Assembly: GCA_023489235.1 (NCBI GenBank)
Contig: JAMDDE010000012.1
Location: forward strand, 34,570-98,569
Origin: Actinomycetota bacterium
GTDB taxonomy: Bacteria > Actinomycetota > Acidimicrobiia > Acidimicrobiales > JAMDDE01
DNA: 64,000 nucleotides
Direction of reading: 5' to 3'
A program made the position numbers and the translations under genes. The notes below the pieces were generated by a model. It searched no databases, was not told the origin of the DNA, and saw only the letters and a list, made by a program, of their open reading frames with translations. Below, one piece after another: positions 61,686-64,000 of the stretch (the stretch's first letter is position 1; every line of letters begins with the position of its first letter).

Positions 61686-63078
61686 CGATCGTTTGCTGGA
61701 GAGAGCTTCGCTGGCTGCCAAGCCTTGTCGTTTTGGCAGGGTGAAGGGGCTTGTCGGCCTTAGATTGGAGGTGGAAGGCATCACAGCTGCCGTTGGCGAA
61801 GGGGTGCGAGTTTGGAAGGACGGGAGTCCTTTGGAAACCGAGGTGGTGGCGCTTGGGCCCAAGAAGCTCTACTGCATGCCTTATGGAGACATAAAGGGAG
61901 TTCGGTTGGGGACTCCTGCTCAAGCCTTGGGTAGGTCTTTGTCGATCAGGGTTGGTAGGGAGCTCTTGGGGAGAGTTCTGGATGGGCTGGGCAGGCCGCT
62001 GGATGACGGGCCTTCTCTAGCCCATCTTCAACAGGTACCTCTGGATACCTCGGCCCCTCATCCTTTGGAGAGGACTCTAGTGACCGAACAATTGTCCCTG
62101 GGGGTACGGGCGATAGACACTTTGATCCCCTGTGGCAAGGGCCAGCGTCTGGGTATCTTTGCCGGTTCTGGAGTGGGGAAGTCGAGCCTTTTGTCCATGA
62201 TAGCCAGGGGAACCGATGCCGACGTGTCCGTAGTGGCCTTGGTTGGAGAACGTGGTCGAGAGGTGAACGAGTTCCTCTACCACGACCTGGGTGATGAAGG
62301 AATGTCTCGATCAGTTGTCGTGGTGGCCACCTCTGATGAACCAGCCCTGGTGCGCTTGAGGGCGGCTTTTACTGCTACGCGCATAGCGGAGTGGTTCCGA
62401 GATCAAGGGGCCCATGTCGTGCTGATGATGGACAGTCTTACTCGGTTTGCAATGGCTCAGCGCGAGGTGGGACTGTCAGCTGGTGAACCACCGGCGAGCA
62501 GGGGATATCCTCCATCGGTTTTCTCTCTCATGCCGAAGCTGTTGGAGCGGGCAGGATCAGGTTCCACGGGAAGCATTACCGGTCTATATACCGTCTTGGT
62601 GGAAGGTGATGACATGAACGAGCCAGTTGCTGATGCTTCGAGGGCCATTCTAGACGGTCATATCGTCTTGCAGCGCTCTCTGGCTACAGCTGGGCACTTC
62701 CCATCTATAGACGTGCTCGAATCCATATCAAGACTGGAGCCAGCTATTTGCTCGAATGAACAGATCGCCTGGGCTCGGGAGATTCGCCGTCTCTTGGCTG
62801 CTTATCGGGATGCCAAGGACTTGATCGAGATAGGCGCTTACAACCAGGGGGCCAATGATTTGACCGATCGAGCCATTGCCATGCGAGAGCCGATCGAGGC
62901 GTTCCTGTGCCAAGGACTTTACGAGCGAGCTACCTTGGACGACTCCTGGCAGCGCCTTCGTGCTCTAGCAGAGAGCTCCAAGGAGCTATCTGCCTCTCGA
63001 GCATCCAGTAGAGCAGGTCATCCAGCAGGAGGGGTTCTCTCGCTGCAAGAACCTAGTCCTACCGCCAGGAGTGCCTGA
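61669..63078 (+). CDS. fliI: flagellum-specific ATPase FliI
   Basis: Walker A GIFAGSGVGKSSLL, Walker B HVVLMMDSLTRFA, and the F1/T3SS-ATPase fold pattern. The GTG start overlaps the fliH end. Confidence 0.93.
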   Translation: MGTFIDDRLLERASLAAKPCRFGRVKGLVGLRLEVEGITAAVGEGVRVWKDGSPLETEVVALGPKKLYCMPYGDIKGVRLGTPAQALGRSLSIRVGRELLGRVLDGLGRPLDDGPSLAHLQQVPLDTSAPHPLERTLVTEQLSLGVRAIDTLIPCGKGQRLGIFAGSGVGKSSLLSMIARGTDADVSVVALVGERGREVNEFLYHDLGDEGMSRSVVVVATSDEPALVRLRAAFTATRIAEWFRDQGAHVVLMMDSLTRFAMAQREVGLSAGEPPASRGYPPSVFSLMPKLLERAGSGSTGSITGLYTVLVEGDDMNEPVADASRAILDGHIVLQRSLATAGHFPSIDVLESISRLEPAICSNEQIAWAREIRRLLAAYRDAKDLIEIGAYNQGANDLTDRAIAMREPIEAFLCQGLYERATLDDSWQRLRALAESSKELSASRASSRAGHPAGGVLSLQEPSPTARSA

Positions 63079-63162
63079 GGTGAGAGTAGTGGATACCCGT
63101 TTCTTCCAGTTAATGCCCTTTGTTGCCTTTGTTGCAAGAACCTCGTATCAGGAGCACCTGAG

Positions 63163-63636
63163 GTGAAGCGGTATCGGTTCCGTCTAGAGCAACTTCTTGC
63201 TCTTCGTCATGCCTTCGAGCAAGCAGCTAGAGCCGAGCTGGCATCAGCTCTAGCAGAAGAGAGGGAGAGAGAAGGTAACTACACCGCTGCTTTGGCATCA
63301 TACAGGAGAGTACGGGAGATGCTGGCTGCTTCCAGTGATGTGGCTACCTTCTGCAAACAGGAGAGCTGGTTGTCCATGGCCGCAGCCAGCTTGTCCAATG
63401 CTCGGTCCAAGTTGGCTGTGGCAACAGAGCGGAGAGAGCAGGCACGCATTGCTTGGATGAGACGTTCTAGGGAGGTAGAGGCTTTGGAACGTCTCAAGGA
63501 GCGGTATCGCATCCGACATGAACAGGAAAGCATGAGACAAGAGGCAATCGAGGTGGATAGCATCGTGAGCGCTCGTTTCCGAGCTGAGGCCATCCAAGCT
63601 GCCGTAACATCAAGCGCAGGAGGCGAGGATGACTGA
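63163..63636 (+). CDS. fliJ: flagellar export protein FliJ
   Basis: 157-aa coiled-coil protein (YRFRLEQLLALRHAFEQAARAELASAL...) directly after fliI. Confidence 0.75.
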   Translation: MKRYRFRLEQLLALRHAFEQAARAELASALAEEREREGNYTAALASYRRVREMLAASSDVATFCKQESWLSMAAASLSNARSKLAVATERREQARIAWMRRSREVEALERLKERYRIRHEQESMRQEAIEVDSIVSARFRAEAIQAAVTSSAGGEDD

Positions 63637-64000
63637 TCCAGCAGCATCTCTCGTATCCACGGTACAGGCGCGTATTGCCGCTATCGACCAGGTATTTTCC
63701 TCCCTTGGCACTAGCCTTGGAGCGGCTGTCTTGAGCGGAGATTTCGAAGCGGTGCTTTCATCGGTTCAAGCGCTTGCTGAACCACTTTCCTCCCCTGATG
63801 CTTCTTCTGGCTCTAGTGGCTTTGGTGGCTCCAGTAACTCCGTCGGTGGAGAGGGGAACAGCTATGGATCGATCTCCGCTGATCCTATTGCTTACTTGCC
63901 CATTGGCGAGCTGGGAGCTGTGTCTCGGGGAGGTGGGAGCGCTTCATATGCATCGTCGTCTCCAGGGTATGGGTATGGGATCGGTAGTGCCGGAGGCGAA
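63629..64000 (+). CDS. hypothetical Ser/Gly-rich protein; 3' end lies outside the window
   Basis: The ATG at 63629 overlaps the fliJ stop, and the frame stays open to the window end (MTDPAASLVSTVQARIAAIDQVFSS...GSSGFGGSSNSVGGEGNSYG...). This ORF is not in the supplied track because it is unterminated. I recognise no family. Confidence 0.45.
   Translation, partial: MTDPAASLVSTVQARIAAIDQVFSSLGTSLGAAVLSGDFEAVLSSVQALAEPLSSPDASSGSSGFGGSSNSVGGEGNSYGSISADPIAYLPIGELGAVSRGGGSASYASSSPGYGYGIGSAGGE

Overview
This 64-kb window comes from a moderately GC-rich chromosome with actinobacterial-type gene order. The first ~23.7 kb is ordinary housekeeping. It holds a heme-precursor cluster (hemA, 5' end cut off by the window edge, then hemC, a cobA/hemD fusion, hemB and hemL), a geranylgeranyl-reductase-family gene divergent from nuoA, and a complete 14-gene nuoA-N operon. 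From ~23.7 kb to the end there is one large motility supercluster. In order it contains: flgN-flgK-flgL-fliW with a convergent csrA; an flhA / FlhF-like / small-membrane-protein operon; a chemotaxis operon (REC-CheX-like fusion, cheA-W-B-R-Y-X, then a divergent mini-receptor translationally coupled to a metallo-beta-lactamase/di-iron-fold protein); two MCP genes, one with a C-terminal CZB zinc domain; three very large multi-domain glycosyltransferase genes with TPR modules and a SAM methyltransferase flanking fliC-fliD-fliS; and the start of flgB-flgC-fliE-fliF-fliG-fliH-fliI-fliJ. I recognised no rRNA, tRNA, CRISPR array, transposase or integrase. Five things most deserve follow-up. (1) The coupled mini-receptor plus ODP-like di-iron-fold pair at the end of the che operon. 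(2) An FlhF-like protein whose SRP-type GTPase motifs are all degenerate and which has no FlhG partner. (3) A complete FliW-CsrA-flagellin circuit, with a GGA-loop hairpin plus a GGA-containing SD in the fliC leader. (4) A family of sigma-28-type promoter motifs, three of which place a CCGATA -10 element exactly ~7 nt from a start codon, implying leaderless transcripts. (5) A dispersed TPR-glycosyltransferase set that probably decorates a short Ser/Thr-rich flagellin. All functional calls come from motif recognition by eye; no database search was run.
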